From an uncultured Gammaproteobacteria bacterium (GTDB lineage Bacteria > Patescibacteriota > Patescibacteriia > VMEV01 > CAYQCH01), in NCBI GenBank assembly GCA_964352335.1, contig CAYGRO010000002.1:13138-77137 (forward strand): a stretch of DNA of 64,000 bases, read 5' to 3'. A model generated the notes under the pieces. The model had not been told where the DNA came from, did no database searches, and saw nothing but the letters and a program-made list of their open reading frames with translations. Position numbers and translations under genes: made by a program. How positions within the stretch are numbered: position 1 is the first letter of the stretch; each line of letters begins with the position of its first letter. Shown one piece after another: positions 20,242 to 29,565 of the stretch.

Positions 20242-20861
20242 TAAAACAAGTATCCCTTTTGCTTGCATGCACTTCTCTAATCTTCTTAGGGGCGGGTTGT
20301 GATAATCAGCCATTAGAAGAGACTGGTTCAGTGAATAAGGCAAAAGAAACTGGTTTGGTTCAAGAGGGAAATATCACCCAACAGAACCCAGAAGCTACGC
20401 ATGAGACTATTGAGCAAGAAAAGTATACAACCTATTCTGGGGCCTATTTTGACATCGATTATCCTACTGATTTTTCTATTGATGAACGTGTTTTAGATGA
20501 ATCAATGACAAATAAATACGCAGAAGTTGCATTTATTTCGCCCAATAAAAACGTGGAGTTTCATGTTTATTCGCCACTTTGGGGTGGGGTAGCGCAATAT
20601 GAAACCGTCTTAGATACAGAAGAAGTTGTTGCTGAACAACAAAATAGTACTAACGATGGATTTACGATAACAACGACCAAGTGGATTACTATTGAAGCAA
20701 AAGATGGTAGCTATGCAAGGTCCATGAGAATTATCACGACCAATAATGAAACAGTTCGCTATTTATTTGGAATTACATATAGCTCGCAAGAGGAATTAGA
20801 TCTTGTAAGAGAAGAACATAATCATTTCACAACTAGTCTTGTTCAATTTGCAGATGCCTAG
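20238..20861 (+). CDS. lipoprotein, possibly PsbP-like fold
   Basis: Lipobox LGAGC; FDIDYPTDF motif. Confidence 0.65.
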   Translation: MIKQVSLLLACTSLIFLGAGCDNQPLEETGSVNKAKETGLVQEGNITQQNPEATHETIEQEKYTTYSGAYFDIDYPTDFSIDERVLDESMTNKYAEVAFISPNKNVEFHVYSPLWGGVAQYETVLDTEEVVAEQQNSTNDGFTITTTKWITIEAKDGSYARSMRIITTNNETVRYLFGITYSSQEELDLVREEHNHFTTSLVQFADA

Positions 20862-20899
20862 AAAGCACTCAGAATTCTATGCTATAATTTAGTCATCTT

Positions 20900-22192
20900 A
20901 TGATGACTTTTTTCTATTCAATAAAAACAAATAAAAAGCTTCCGCAAATCCTTTGGTCATTTGTGGTTATTGTTATTACCTTTTCTTTATTAAAGTCACC
21001 AAGTTCTGCTCAATCTATTGATTTTAAAACATCAGAGGAGATTAAAGAATTGAATGTAGAAATCACAGAGAAATCAGAATTAACAGATAAGTTAAGAGAG
21101 CAGGCAGATGCCTATGCAAAAAAGATTCAAGAACAACAAGCTACATCAAATACGTTAGAAAATGAATTGTCTATTATTGAAAATCGAATCACTAAAATTG
21201 GATTAGATATAGAAAGAAAAGAATCAGAAATTGATACAACTAATTTAAAAATTAGAGAAACAAGTTTACAAATTGATGATAAGCAAAGAGCAATTGATTT
21301 TTCTCAATTGCAGTTAAGCAGTTTATTGCGAGAAATAAATCGACAAGACCAAAGAGGACAATTAGAAATACTTGTTTTAAATGATAATTTATCAGACTTT
21401 TTTGGTTATATAAAACGGCTAGAAGAAGTGCAATTGAACATGCAGTTAACCGTAGCTGGTATCAAAGAAGGGAAGCGAGAGCTCGAAATTAATGAGCATT
21501 CATTAGAAAAAGAAAAAGCTGATCTTCAACGATTGCTTTTAGAACAAGAAATCGAACGTCAAAAAATGAATGAAGAAAAGTTAGCTCAAGAACGACTTAT
21601 CGATCAAACGGAGTTTTCTGAACAAAAATTTCAAGAACAATTGAGTGAAATTAGGTTTCAACAAAGAATTGCAAATGAAGAAATTTCTGATTTAGAACGT
21701 CGGGTAAAAGAAAAATTACGCCAAGCTCAACTAAAAGACCCAGAAATCAATATCAATCCAGGACAATTATTATGGCCGATTCCAAATCAAGGTATTACGA
21801 CCTATTATCATGACCCTACATATCCTTTTCGACATATCGTTGGTGAGCATTCTGGTTTAGATTTGCGAACGTTAATTAACGGGACACCGAGCATGGGGAT
21901 GCCATTGCGAGCACCTGAATCAGGAATTATTGTAAAAACAATTATCAATGGTAAATTCACTGGAAATGCTATTTTCCTTAGTCATGGCGACTTAATGACG
22001 GTTTTCTTCCATTTAAGTGAAGTTTATGTTCAACCAGATCAATTTGTTTCTATAGGAGATACAATTGCTGCTACTGGTGGGGCACCAGGACATCCTGGAG
22101 CAGGACTTTCTAGTGGTCCACATCTTCATTTCGAAGTTCGTTCAAATGGAATCCCTGTAGACCCTTGTTTATATTTATCTCCTGCTTGTTAA
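20900..22192 (+). CDS. coiled-coil M23 murein endopeptidase
   Basis: Signal/TM segment, long coiled coil, HSGLD and PHLHFEVR zinc motifs intact. Confidence 0.92.
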   Translation: MMTFFYSIKTNKKLPQILWSFVVIVITFSLLKSPSSAQSIDFKTSEEIKELNVEITEKSELTDKLREQADAYAKKIQEQQATSNTLENELSIIENRITKIGLDIERKESEIDTTNLKIRETSLQIDDKQRAIDFSQLQLSSLLREINRQDQRGQLEILVLNDNLSDFFGYIKRLEEVQLNMQLTVAGIKEGKRELEINEHSLEKEKADLQRLLLEQEIERQKMNEEKLAQERLIDQTEFSEQKFQEQLSEIRFQQRIANEEISDLERRVKEKLRQAQLKDPEININPGQLLWPIPNQGITTYYHDPTYPFRHIVGEHSGLDLRTLINGTPSMGMPLRAPESGIIVKTIINGKFTGNAIFLSHGDLMTVFFHLSEVYVQPDQFVSIGDTIAATGGAPGHPGAGLSSGPHLHFEVRSNGIPVDPCLYLSPAC

Positions 22193-22193
22193 T

Positions 22194-22700
22194 ATGCATA
22201 AAAGGGAAGAGGGACAATTTTTTGATGGATTACTGCTAGGCGCTTTACTATCTGGGCTTGTTATTGTTTTGCTCATCGTATTTTTTCTTTTACATAATGT
22301 AAAACAAGTCGGAGAAGACCACATGCAATATAGTACTCATGAAATAACCATTGCCCCAATAAATGAAGTTGTCCTTAATAATACCGAAATAGGTCAAATT
22401 GTTGCTATTGAAGATCAAGTCTATTCAATCGATCAATCATTTACAAATACTGAAAGTGATTTAACCTATAGAACACTCAAATTAGGAACAAATCTTTCTT
22501 ATGCGAGTATTTGGACAAAGAATGGGGAACAGCTACTCTATAAGGCAAATAACGCGCTTTTAACAGTCTCTGGTAATCAAAGTATTGCTATAATTGCAAT
22601 AAAAGATGACCATACACTCTTGCTACAACTTTCAGGCGACCAAGAAGTAGTTTATAATCTGCAAAATGGAATGATTTCCGCAAATGAGTATGAAGATTAA
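22194..22700 (+). CDS. hypothetical membrane-anchored protein
   Basis: N-terminal TM helix; tight spacing with neighbours. Confidence 0.6.
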   Translation: MHKREEGQFFDGLLLGALLSGLVIVLLIVFFLLHNVKQVGEDHMQYSTHEITIAPINEVVLNNTEIGQIVAIEDQVYSIDQSFTNTESDLTYRTLKLGTNLSYASIWTKNGEQLLYKANNALLTVSGNQSIAIIAIKDDHTLLLQLSGDQEVVYNLQNGMISANEYED

Positions 22701-23094
22701 AATTTCTCCAGAAGATCATATTGAACATGTTGATTATCTTTTTAACAAAGCCTGTAAATTGTTGAAGATAAAAAAAGTGACATGGAGGGTTATGGAAGGA
22801 AGAACGGCTCCAGTAAATACAGCTAAAGACTATAGTCTTGGGTATACAGATCTTCAAAAGCGAGAAATAACCTTAGATGTATTTACACCTAGAAGAAGAT
22901 CACCTAAAAGCTCTAATGGCTTATTACGGGTAATCGCACATGAAATTGCCCATTTACAGAAACCGCCATATCGAGAGCGCTATAGAGGAAGAATCATCAC
23001 TCGTATGCATTTCCCAAAGTTTTATACTCAAGTCAATAAAAATGTAGAGAAGTTTAAAAAAGATAAAGAATTTAAGCAATATTTTCGAATATAA
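22684..23094 (+). CDS. small basic HExxH zinc metallopeptidase-like protein (WLM/SprT-like)
   Basis: VIAHEIAHL followed by a third His (MHFPKFY). Confidence 0.7.
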   Translation: MSMKIKISPEDHIEHVDYLFNKACKLLKIKKVTWRVMEGRTAPVNTAKDYSLGYTDLQKREITLDVFTPRRRSPKSSNGLLRVIAHEIAHLQKPPYRERYRGRIITRMHFPKFYTQVNKNVEKFKKDKEFKQYFRI

Positions 23095-23120
23095 TAATTT
23101 GCGACGCATGGTCAATCTTA

Positions 23121-23256
23121 CTCAATTCCTTAATAGGGAGCAAATAGAAGATATCAGTTTTAACCGATAGAACAGGTCAGTGTAATTACAAAAATGAATA
23201 AAAAATAAAACCCTCTTAAAGGGTTTTTGTTTTGTGCATCCTATTAAGGAATTGAG
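23121..23256. repeat. perfect 17-bp inverted repeat pair
   Basis: CTCAATTCCTTAATAGG (23121-23137) and CCTATTAAGGAATTGAG (23240-23256). Confidence 0.9.
23200..23233. terminator. bidirectional intrinsic terminator between convergent genes
   Basis: A-tract, aaaaccct-cttaa-agggtttt stem, T-tract. Confidence 0.65.
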
Positions 23257-23302
23257 ACAATAGAGGGGGAAAGAATGATTATCACTATATGAGTAAGTAG
23301 TA

Positions 23303-23330
23303 GCGTCGCACAATATACCTTATGCGACGC
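23303..23330. other. candidate dif-like tyrosine-recombinase site
   Basis: GCGTCGCACAA-TATACC-TTATGCGACGC: 11-6-11 near-palindrome with inner AA/TTAT ends as in dif. Confidence 0.65.
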
Positions 23331-23377
23331 ACTAGAATCATCATCCTTAAAACATAGGTTATAATGGTCACGAAATG

Positions 23378-23572
23378 TTACCACTTATTTGCCCAATATG
23401 CGGCAATTAATCCTATAGGAACATAAAGCGATAAAAAGATAACTGGATGTAAATGATCTAATAAGATTAATCCACTAAAGTACCAAATCATTAGTATGAT
23501 CGCGATGATTCGTGATAATAGATTTGTATGTCGAACAATAAATAAATCTAACGGTTTTGGGTTTTTTGCCAT
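23378..23572 (-). CDS. small 2-TM membrane protein
   Basis: 64-aa ORF with two hydrophobic helices, co-oriented with the upstream operon. Confidence 0.55.
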   Translation of the reverse strand: MAKNPKPLDLFIVRHTNLLSRIIAIILMIWYFSGLILLDHLHPVIFLSLYVPIGLIAAYWANKW

Positions 23573-23617
23573 ACATTTATTTTTATTGGATCTTTGACTT
23601 AATGACGAGATGAACTG

Positions 23618-24889
23618 CTATCTATAGTATACCCGATTGGGAAATCTTAAATCAATATACTCTTTTACTTCCCCCTCTATAGACATCTGAGAGTTAAGCG
23701 TCGCAAAAATATCTAGGTAAGATTTTATTGAGTCAGGATTTTGTAGAGGGTCTGCTCCTAAAAGTAATGACCAACCATTATTCATATAAACCTCGAGTTG
23801 ATCAAAGGTTATTGAATCATCTGGTATAAAGACTTTTTCTTGTTCTAAATATCGCTCTATTTCCCCTTCATCTAGTTTTTCAATATCAATTTCACTTAAT
23901 GCTGATTTGATTTCTGAAATTTTATCTTCAACTGTTTTAGCTTGTGCAATTGAATCTGCAAGACTCTCTAGTTCTGCATTTAATTTCGAATCATCATTAT
24001 TAGCCACTTTCGTTTCAGATTCAGGTAACTTCTCTGGGATAACAATAGTTTGTTTATTCGCTGGTTTTAAACGAAATGAATGAATAGATAAAAACGGATA
24101 CTTTTCTAATTCTGAATAGAGTGTGAGAATTGACGCTATATTTCTTTCCGTTAAAACTTGTTCACCAACCTGAGGTATTGTTTCACCAAATTGATAAATA
24201 GTAGGTGTGTCTTCTTTTTCTAAGATTTCTTCACTTGTCGTTTGACGAATAACAGTACCTTGCTTATCTATTGTGAAATATTGATCATCTACACTATAAA
24301 TAAGTATAGATGACTTTTCTTTTAGATCAATTTGCAATGAATGAGATGGCCAATGAGAAGTAAATGTGATAGATTCTAACCCGTATTTATCTCGGATAGC
24401 TTGTTCAACTGTATTTTGATTGAAGAAAAACAGATGAGAACGCTTTATCAAGAAGATGGATCTTTTATCCATATAGTCAAAAACCATCGATTTTAGATCA
24501 TTTGTTTGAATTTCTTCATTACCAAAAACGGCAATACGATCCAAATAAAAGGTTGGTTGGACAAATAGAACGATAAACCAGATAAAGAGTGTTAGTGATA
24601 ACCCTATTTTCGCAAAGAGGTATCGTTTATCCGTAAAGATTTTTCCTAAGACCCTTCTTGCTGTGACTTTTTTTTGGTAAGGGTTTTCAAAAGATTTTTG
24701 ATGAACATCGCGACGCAGATATGATTTCGCTTTTTTGCCTGTAGCATTTCTCTGGAGTCCTTTTAATGCTAGAATTTGTGATAAATTCAAAGATAAAACT
24801 TTATTCAGTTTTTTTTTAACAAATCGGAACATGATCTTGGTAGACCTACCTGATTTCTTTTTTGTTTTGAATGTTGATCGTACTCTCAT
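23618..24889 (-). CDS. FtsQ/DivIB-like POTRA-domain cell division protein
   Basis: Basic cytoplasmic N-terminus, single TM, IAVFGNEEI POTRA start, C-terminal EYIDLRFPNRVYYR. Confidence 0.8.
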   Translation of the reverse strand: MRVRSTFKTKKKSGRSTKIMFRFVKKKLNKVLSLNLSQILALKGLQRNATGKKAKSYLRRDVHQKSFENPYQKKVTARRVLGKIFTDKRYLFAKIGLSLTLFIWFIVLFVQPTFYLDRIAVFGNEEIQTNDLKSMVFDYMDKRSIFLIKRSHLFFFNQNTVEQAIRDKYGLESITFTSHWPSHSLQIDLKEKSSILIYSVDDQYFTIDKQGTVIRQTTSEEILEKEDTPTIYQFGETIPQVGEQVLTERNIASILTLYSELEKYPFLSIHSFRLKPANKQTIVIPEKLPESETKVANNDDSKLNAELESLADSIAQAKTVEDKISEIKSALSEIDIEKLDEGEIERYLEQEKVFIPDDSITFDQLEVYMNNGWSLLLGADPLQNPDSIKSYLDIFATLNSQMSIEGEVKEYIDLRFPNRVYYR

Positions 24890-24894
24890 AGAAG

Positions 24895-25932
24895 CTAATG
24901 TCTTTTTATACCAAATCCTCGCTTAATTCTTCTGAATGACTCAATAATCCAATTCACCCAATATTTTGAAGTTAATGGGAAATCTTGTGCTGGTAATAAA
25001 TACTCAATTTCACCACCAAAACCTTTCTTAAACTTTGTAATTCCATAAAATGGACGCTTAGGATCGTCTGTATCATCAATTCCCCAGAAACTGTATTTCG
25101 TACAACCACGCGCCTTTGCTTCACGTATTGCTTCCCATTGTAGTAAGTATGCAACAGGAACTTTTGAGCGCAAAGAAGCTCCATGATGATAAGAAGCTAC
25201 ATTTCCGTAATACATAATAATGGCAGAAGCAATTATTTCATTTTCATATTTTCCTGTGTAGATAATAACTTCATCATCATCTCTAAATGTATTCACTTGT
25301 TCATGGTAAAGACGATTCGAATATGGAACAAAACGATGCCTCACATGCGTTTCATTCATTAATGTGATAAATGTATCAACATCAGAGTTATTTGTTGATT
25401 TTTCGATTACAACACCATCTTTTTGCGCACGTCTGATTAGATTTCTTGTTGTTTTTCGCATTCCCATGAGTAATTCCTCTTCGGTTGGTTGCAAATCTAA
25501 TTGCCAAACAATTTCAGATAAAACATGAATTGGAGCAATTTTGAATTTTAACTGTTTAAAGAGCGCTTCGTTTTCTTCTGTTCTTTTTAAATAAGGCGCC
25601 ATTCGAATGAAATCATATTTTTGCTCTCTCCCCCACTCTTTTAAATAATCCACGATAATTGTTAAATATTCAGCTGAATAATTTTTTAAAACTGGACCAT
25701 ATGGAATATAGAGATACTTCCCTCTTTTGGCATGTACTAGTAAAACTAAACAAATACCTACTAAAGTAGAATTTTCATAAATCCCTAATTTAAGTGACTC
25801 ATTACCTAGTAATTGTTCTTGCTTAGCAGAATTCCAAGATTGTAGAAAAGGTGGATGATTTTGAGCAAGCAAGAATGATTCCCACTCAGCTTTATTTTCA
25901 CTAATTTTTACTTGAATCAATTTATTATTCAT
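24895..25932 (-). CDS. FemAB/FemX-family aminoacyl-tRNA-dependent peptidyltransferase
   Basis: FLQSW, YIPYGP, MRKTTRNLIRRA, LLQWEAIREAK, FKKGFGG. Confidence 0.93.
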   Translation of the reverse strand: MNNKLIQVKISENKAEWESFLLAQNHPPFLQSWNSAKQEQLLGNESLKLGIYENSTLVGICLVLLVHAKRGKYLYIPYGPVLKNYSAEYLTIIVDYLKEWGREQKYDFIRMAPYLKRTEENEALFKQLKFKIAPIHVLSEIVWQLDLQPTEEELLMGMRKTTRNLIRRAQKDGVVIEKSTNNSDVDTFITLMNETHVRHRFVPYSNRLYHEQVNTFRDDDEVIIYTGKYENEIIASAIIMYYGNVASYHHGASLRSKVPVAYLLQWEAIREAKARGCTKYSFWGIDDTDDPKRPFYGITKFKKGFGGEIEYLLPAQDFPLTSKYWVNWIIESFRRIKRGFGIKRH

Positions 25933-27163
25933 AGTAGTTTTTCAACAATTTAAGGAGTTTTGAACGACTAGCCATTGATAATTTTCTTTGTGTTGGCAAG
26001 TTTATATTTTGTTTCACAAGTTCTTCACTTTTCGGGCAAGATCCTTCTGTATAGTAAATAGATGACCAATTATCTGGTCTTGGCATAATTGTAGATGAAT
26101 ACCAATTCCCTAAAAGAAATCCTTGTTTACGAAAATCACTTCTAACTTGATTTGGCTTACCATGTTTAATCGTAAATCGTAAATATGATGGCTCAGAATT
26201 TATATGGATTTGTTGAGTCGGTATAGAATGAGTAGAACAAAATTCTTGATAAGCAAATGCATGTTCTCTTCTTTTTTTGAGATTTTCTTCTAAATGCAGC
26301 AATTGTTTCGATGCAAATAGAGCCATGGCATTTGGTAATGGTTGAATAAGTTCCTTTGGTTGTTGCCCATTACATTCATTTTTCAAATAAACCTTATTGA
26401 GCAATTTCGTTTTTTGCGCGATAAAGATAAGTAATTGCCCAATTTTAAGTGGCCCAATTAAACGTGCCATCCATGGAATAAGTAGTGGATGAATACTATT
26501 TTGAAAAATGGAAAATACTGAGTTTTCTAGTGCTGTTGTAGATAATTCTTCCAATTTTTTAGCTAATTCAGTACTAGAAGTAATTGTAGCACCACCAGAG
26601 ACAGATGAGATCATCTTATCTCGACCAAAACTTAAAATTGCGGCATCTCCAAATGTCCCAACCAATTGATTATTGTATTTTGCCCCCAAAGAATGGGCAC
26701 AATCCTCGATGACTTTAATATTATGCTTTTTAGCAAGTTCAACTATTGCATTCATTTGAGCGGGGTAACCAAAAGTATGTTGGACAATAATTGCTTTTGT
26801 TTTGGGTGTAATTGCTTTTTCAATAAGACGAGGGTCGATATTAAATGATTCATCAATATCAATATAAATAGGTTTTGCACCAGCCCAGATTACCGAATTT
26901 GGCACGACAATGCATGTATAAGCTTGAATAATAACTTCATCGCCACTTTGTATCTCCAATGCTTTTAAAATAGCGTAGAGTGCAGATCGTCCATTTTTAA
27001 ATAATGAAATTGAACGCTCATCATGCATCGACGAGAGCTGTTTTTTTAATTGTTCGCTAGCAGCTCCACTTTTCCATTTGTTCCAATTCCATGGCAAAAG
27101 CAAACTCATTGCGAGTTTTTGTTGTTGCCAGTCTGAATTTGGTGAATGAGAAATGGAAATCAT
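25925..27163 (-). CDS. DegT/DnrJ/EryC1/StrS PLP-dependent aminotransferase
   Basis: QAYTCIVV, QHTFG, IEDCAHSLG, SFGRDK (PLP Lys). Start placed at 27163. Confidence 0.9.
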   Translation of the reverse strand: MISISHSPNSDWQQQKLAMSLLLPWNWNKWKSGAASEQLKKQLSSMHDERSISLFKNGRSALYAILKALEIQSGDEVIIQAYTCIVVPNSVIWAGAKPIYIDIDESFNIDPRLIEKAITPKTKAIIVQHTFGYPAQMNAIVELAKKHNIKVIEDCAHSLGAKYNNQLVGTFGDAAILSFGRDKMISSVSGGATITSSTELAKKLEELSTTALENSVFSIFQNSIHPLLIPWMARLIGPLKIGQLLIFIAQKTKLLNKVYLKNECNGQQPKELIQPLPNAMALFASKQLLHLEENLKKRREHAFAYQEFCSTHSIPTQQIHINSEPSYLRFTIKHGKPNQVRSDFRKQGFLLGNWYSSTIMPRPDNWSSIYYTEGSCPKSEELVKQNINLPTQRKLSMASRSKLLKLLKNYYE

Positions 27164-27164
27164 A

Positions 27165-28775
27165 TTATGAATCTGTAAGTAGGTTTGGAATAAATTGTTC
27201 AGATTCTCTTCCTTCACAGAGAACAACAGTTGGTTGGTTTCGAACAAATTCGAGAAGTGATTCTTGATCTTTTGGATGCAAGATTGATTCTTCAGGGAAC
27301 CCTTGTTGTAAAAGAGATAAACGCAATAAGTCTCTCTGTTGACTAGGCAGTAAAAGGATTTTATCAAAAACTTCTGAAGCTCGTTTAGCAATTAATTCAT
27401 GTGATGTTTTTGATAAGTCAGCGAGTTCAATAACTTCTTTGAAAATAAGAATCTTTTTTTCGTCTAGTGAACTGACATCATCAAATGCCAGAAGAATACT
27501 GGGTACATTTGCATTATAAGAATCATCAATAATCCAAGAATCATCATTAATCATTTTGACTTCCATTGTTCTTTCAATTTGAGGAAAAGTTTTGAGTGCA
27601 CTTTGAATTTCCTTTAAGGACATTCCAAGTTGTTTAGCTATAGCAATTGCACCCAATGCATTAATGATATGGCCCTTACCAAATAAGGGTAAAGATAGAT
27701 TCATTTCACTTAAAGTAAACTTAGACTCATTTTTGTTCATTTGAATATTTTGAGCAGAATAATGTACATCTGGAGCAAACCCATAAGTAATAGGACTGAT
27801 TCCTCTAAGTTCAAAGGCTTCAAGTAATTCTGGACTTTCACCATTCGCGAAAACCTTAGTCATATCGTCAACTGATTTTACAAGCTCAAATTTTGTTTTC
27901 TCGATATTTTTTTGAGAACCAAATAATTCTAAATGTTGATTCGTTAAACCTGTCATAATCCCATAGTCAGGCGAAACGATATCTGCAATCCTTTTGACTT
28001 CCCCTTCTCGATACGCTCCCATTTCTACAATAAAAAATTCATGTGTGGGTTGTAATTCATCTAAAATAAGCTTAGCAATACCGGTATCAACATTTAGATG
28101 TTTTGGTGTTTTTAAGACAGAGTATTTTTTTGAAAGGATATGGCCAAGTAATTCCTTCATCGATGTCTTACCATAACTTCCAGTAATACCAATGACAATG
28201 AGATCCTTATGCGAAATCATTTTTTCTCTCGCTTTTTTCATTAATTGTTTTTGCATGAGAAAATTCGGAATAAATAAGACAGAAAACACAGTAAAAACGA
28301 TGAGAGGTTGAATGATCTCAATCGCAAGTAATTGTTCTGGCCAAAATAAATAACGAGATGCCAAATAGATTTCTACAACTAATATTGAAACAAAGAGAAC
28401 CCAGATTTTAGAGGTGAATGTCGGTATTTGTAATGTATGTTGCTTTAAATGAAGGATTGTTTGAATGAAACGGAATAGGAAAAAAGCAATTATAGCTGTT
28501 AATAAGAAATCAAAAGCACCAACTTGTGAAGAAATACTTGTTCGTAATAATAACTGCCAAGTAAGAAAAAAACCGATCAAAATAGAACGATAGGAAGAGA
28601 AAATAAGCTTAATAAATTTGGGCTGTTTTATTTCTGAAACCAATCGATCGATTCTATATTGTTTTAATTGAATATAATGTAACCAAAAAAGTAGTGATCT
28701 AGCGATCGCTACAACCCATAGTACTGTCAAAAGGGTGAATGCATGCGCACTATATAATTGGAGTAAATAAGTCAT
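27165..28775 (-). CDS. murF: MurF-like Mur ligase with N-terminal multi-TM extension
   Basis: GITGSYGKTS, EMGAY, QHLELFG, DDSYNAN; about 170-aa hydrophobic N-terminus. Confidence 0.8.
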   Translation of the reverse strand: MTYLLQLYSAHAFTLLTVLWVVAIARSLLFWLHYIQLKQYRIDRLVSEIKQPKFIKLIFSSYRSILIGFFLTWQLLLRTSISSQVGAFDFLLTAIIAFFLFRFIQTILHLKQHTLQIPTFTSKIWVLFVSILVVEIYLASRYLFWPEQLLAIEIIQPLIVFTVFSVLFIPNFLMQKQLMKKAREKMISHKDLIVIGITGSYGKTSMKELLGHILSKKYSVLKTPKHLNVDTGIAKLILDELQPTHEFFIVEMGAYREGEVKRIADIVSPDYGIMTGLTNQHLELFGSQKNIEKTKFELVKSVDDMTKVFANGESPELLEAFELRGISPITYGFAPDVHYSAQNIQMNKNESKFTLSEMNLSLPLFGKGHIINALGAIAIAKQLGMSLKEIQSALKTFPQIERTMEVKMINDDSWIIDDSYNANVPSILLAFDDVSSLDEKKILIFKEVIELADLSKTSHELIAKRASEVFDKILLLPSQQRDLLRLSLLQQGFPEESILHPKDQESLLEFVRNQPTVVLCEGRESEQFIPNLLTDS

Positions 28776-28781
28776 GATAAT

Positions 28782-29558
28782 TTATGAATGTTTTACAAAT
28801 TCCATTATCGCTTTTGCTACTAATTCTGGATTGTTTTTCACTAAGTTATGACGCGCACCTTCAAAGACTTTCAGTTCAGATTCTTTGATAAGCTTATGCA
28901 TTTTTTTTCCGTCAGAAAGAGGTGTAGCACCATCATCACTTCCCCAAAGCAAAAGTGTCTTATGATGAATTTGTGGCAATAATGGCTGTAAATCTTCGTC
29001 TAGTACATTAATAATTGTTTCTTTCATTACCCCATCTGCTTTGAGATAATCTGTTGACCCCGCTACTTTATACAATATTTTTTTGGCTGGTTCTTCTAAT
29101 TTTGAAATAAGTGGTAGATCAAAAAACTTTTTCCCAATCTTGGCCGATGTTTTTAAGACTCTTCGTTTTACGGTATAAGCATCTGGTTTTACTCCAGCAG
29201 ATGCACAGAGAATAAGATTGTTTAAATCAGGTGCATACTTAATTGTATATTTGATGGAAACACGGCCTCCAAAAGAATGACCAAAAAGAGTAAATTGCTT
29301 AATCTCCAATGCTTGTGTGAAATCATGTACCCAATCTCGATAATCAGAAACAGTCCATGCTTTTGGTGGTTTAGGCGTATTTCCCCAACCTGGTAAATCA
29401 GGAACAATAATACGAAGACCTTGTTTCGCTAAAAGTGGACCAAGTTCTTGGTAATGCGTTGAATCAGCTGGCCATCCATGAAGCATGATAATAATGGTAT
29501 TACCACTTCCCCATTCTCGATAATGCGCAACGCGATCTTGAACAGTAATTGAAGCCAT
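28782..29558 (-). CDS. alpha/beta hydrolase
   Basis: LHGWP, PDLPGWG, GHSFGG nucleophile elbow; Asp (DDGATP) and His (GARH). Confidence 0.93.
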   Translation of the reverse strand: MASITVQDRVAHYREWGSGNTIIIMLHGWPADSTHYQELGPLLAKQGLRIIVPDLPGWGNTPKPPKAWTVSDYRDWVHDFTQALEIKQFTLFGHSFGGRVSIKYTIKYAPDLNNLILCASAGVKPDAYTVKRRVLKTSAKIGKKFFDLPLISKLEEPAKKILYKVAGSTDYLKADGVMKETIINVLDEDLQPLLPQIHHKTLLLWGSDDGATPLSDGKKMHKLIKESELKVFEGARHNLVKNNPELVAKAIMEFVKHS

Positions 29559-29565
29559 AGATTCG

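Noticed and set aside
23122-23313. 63-aa minus-strand ORF across the inverted-repeat region
   Set aside because: It starts inside the dif-like palindrome, crosses a terminator and has no recognisable protein features.
23098-23330. CRISPR array, retron ncRNA or integron attC interpretation of the repeat region
   Set aside because: No direct repeat-spacer periodicity, no reverse transcriptase, integrase or cas gene in the window, and no RYYYAAC/GTTRRRY boxes bounding the stems.
27164-27391. Long N-terminal extensions in the ORF track (DegT here; likewise GH1 3859, TagA 17397, priA 12485)
   Set aside because: They overlap upstream genes or regulatory sites; downstream ATGs fit operon spacing and domain starts.
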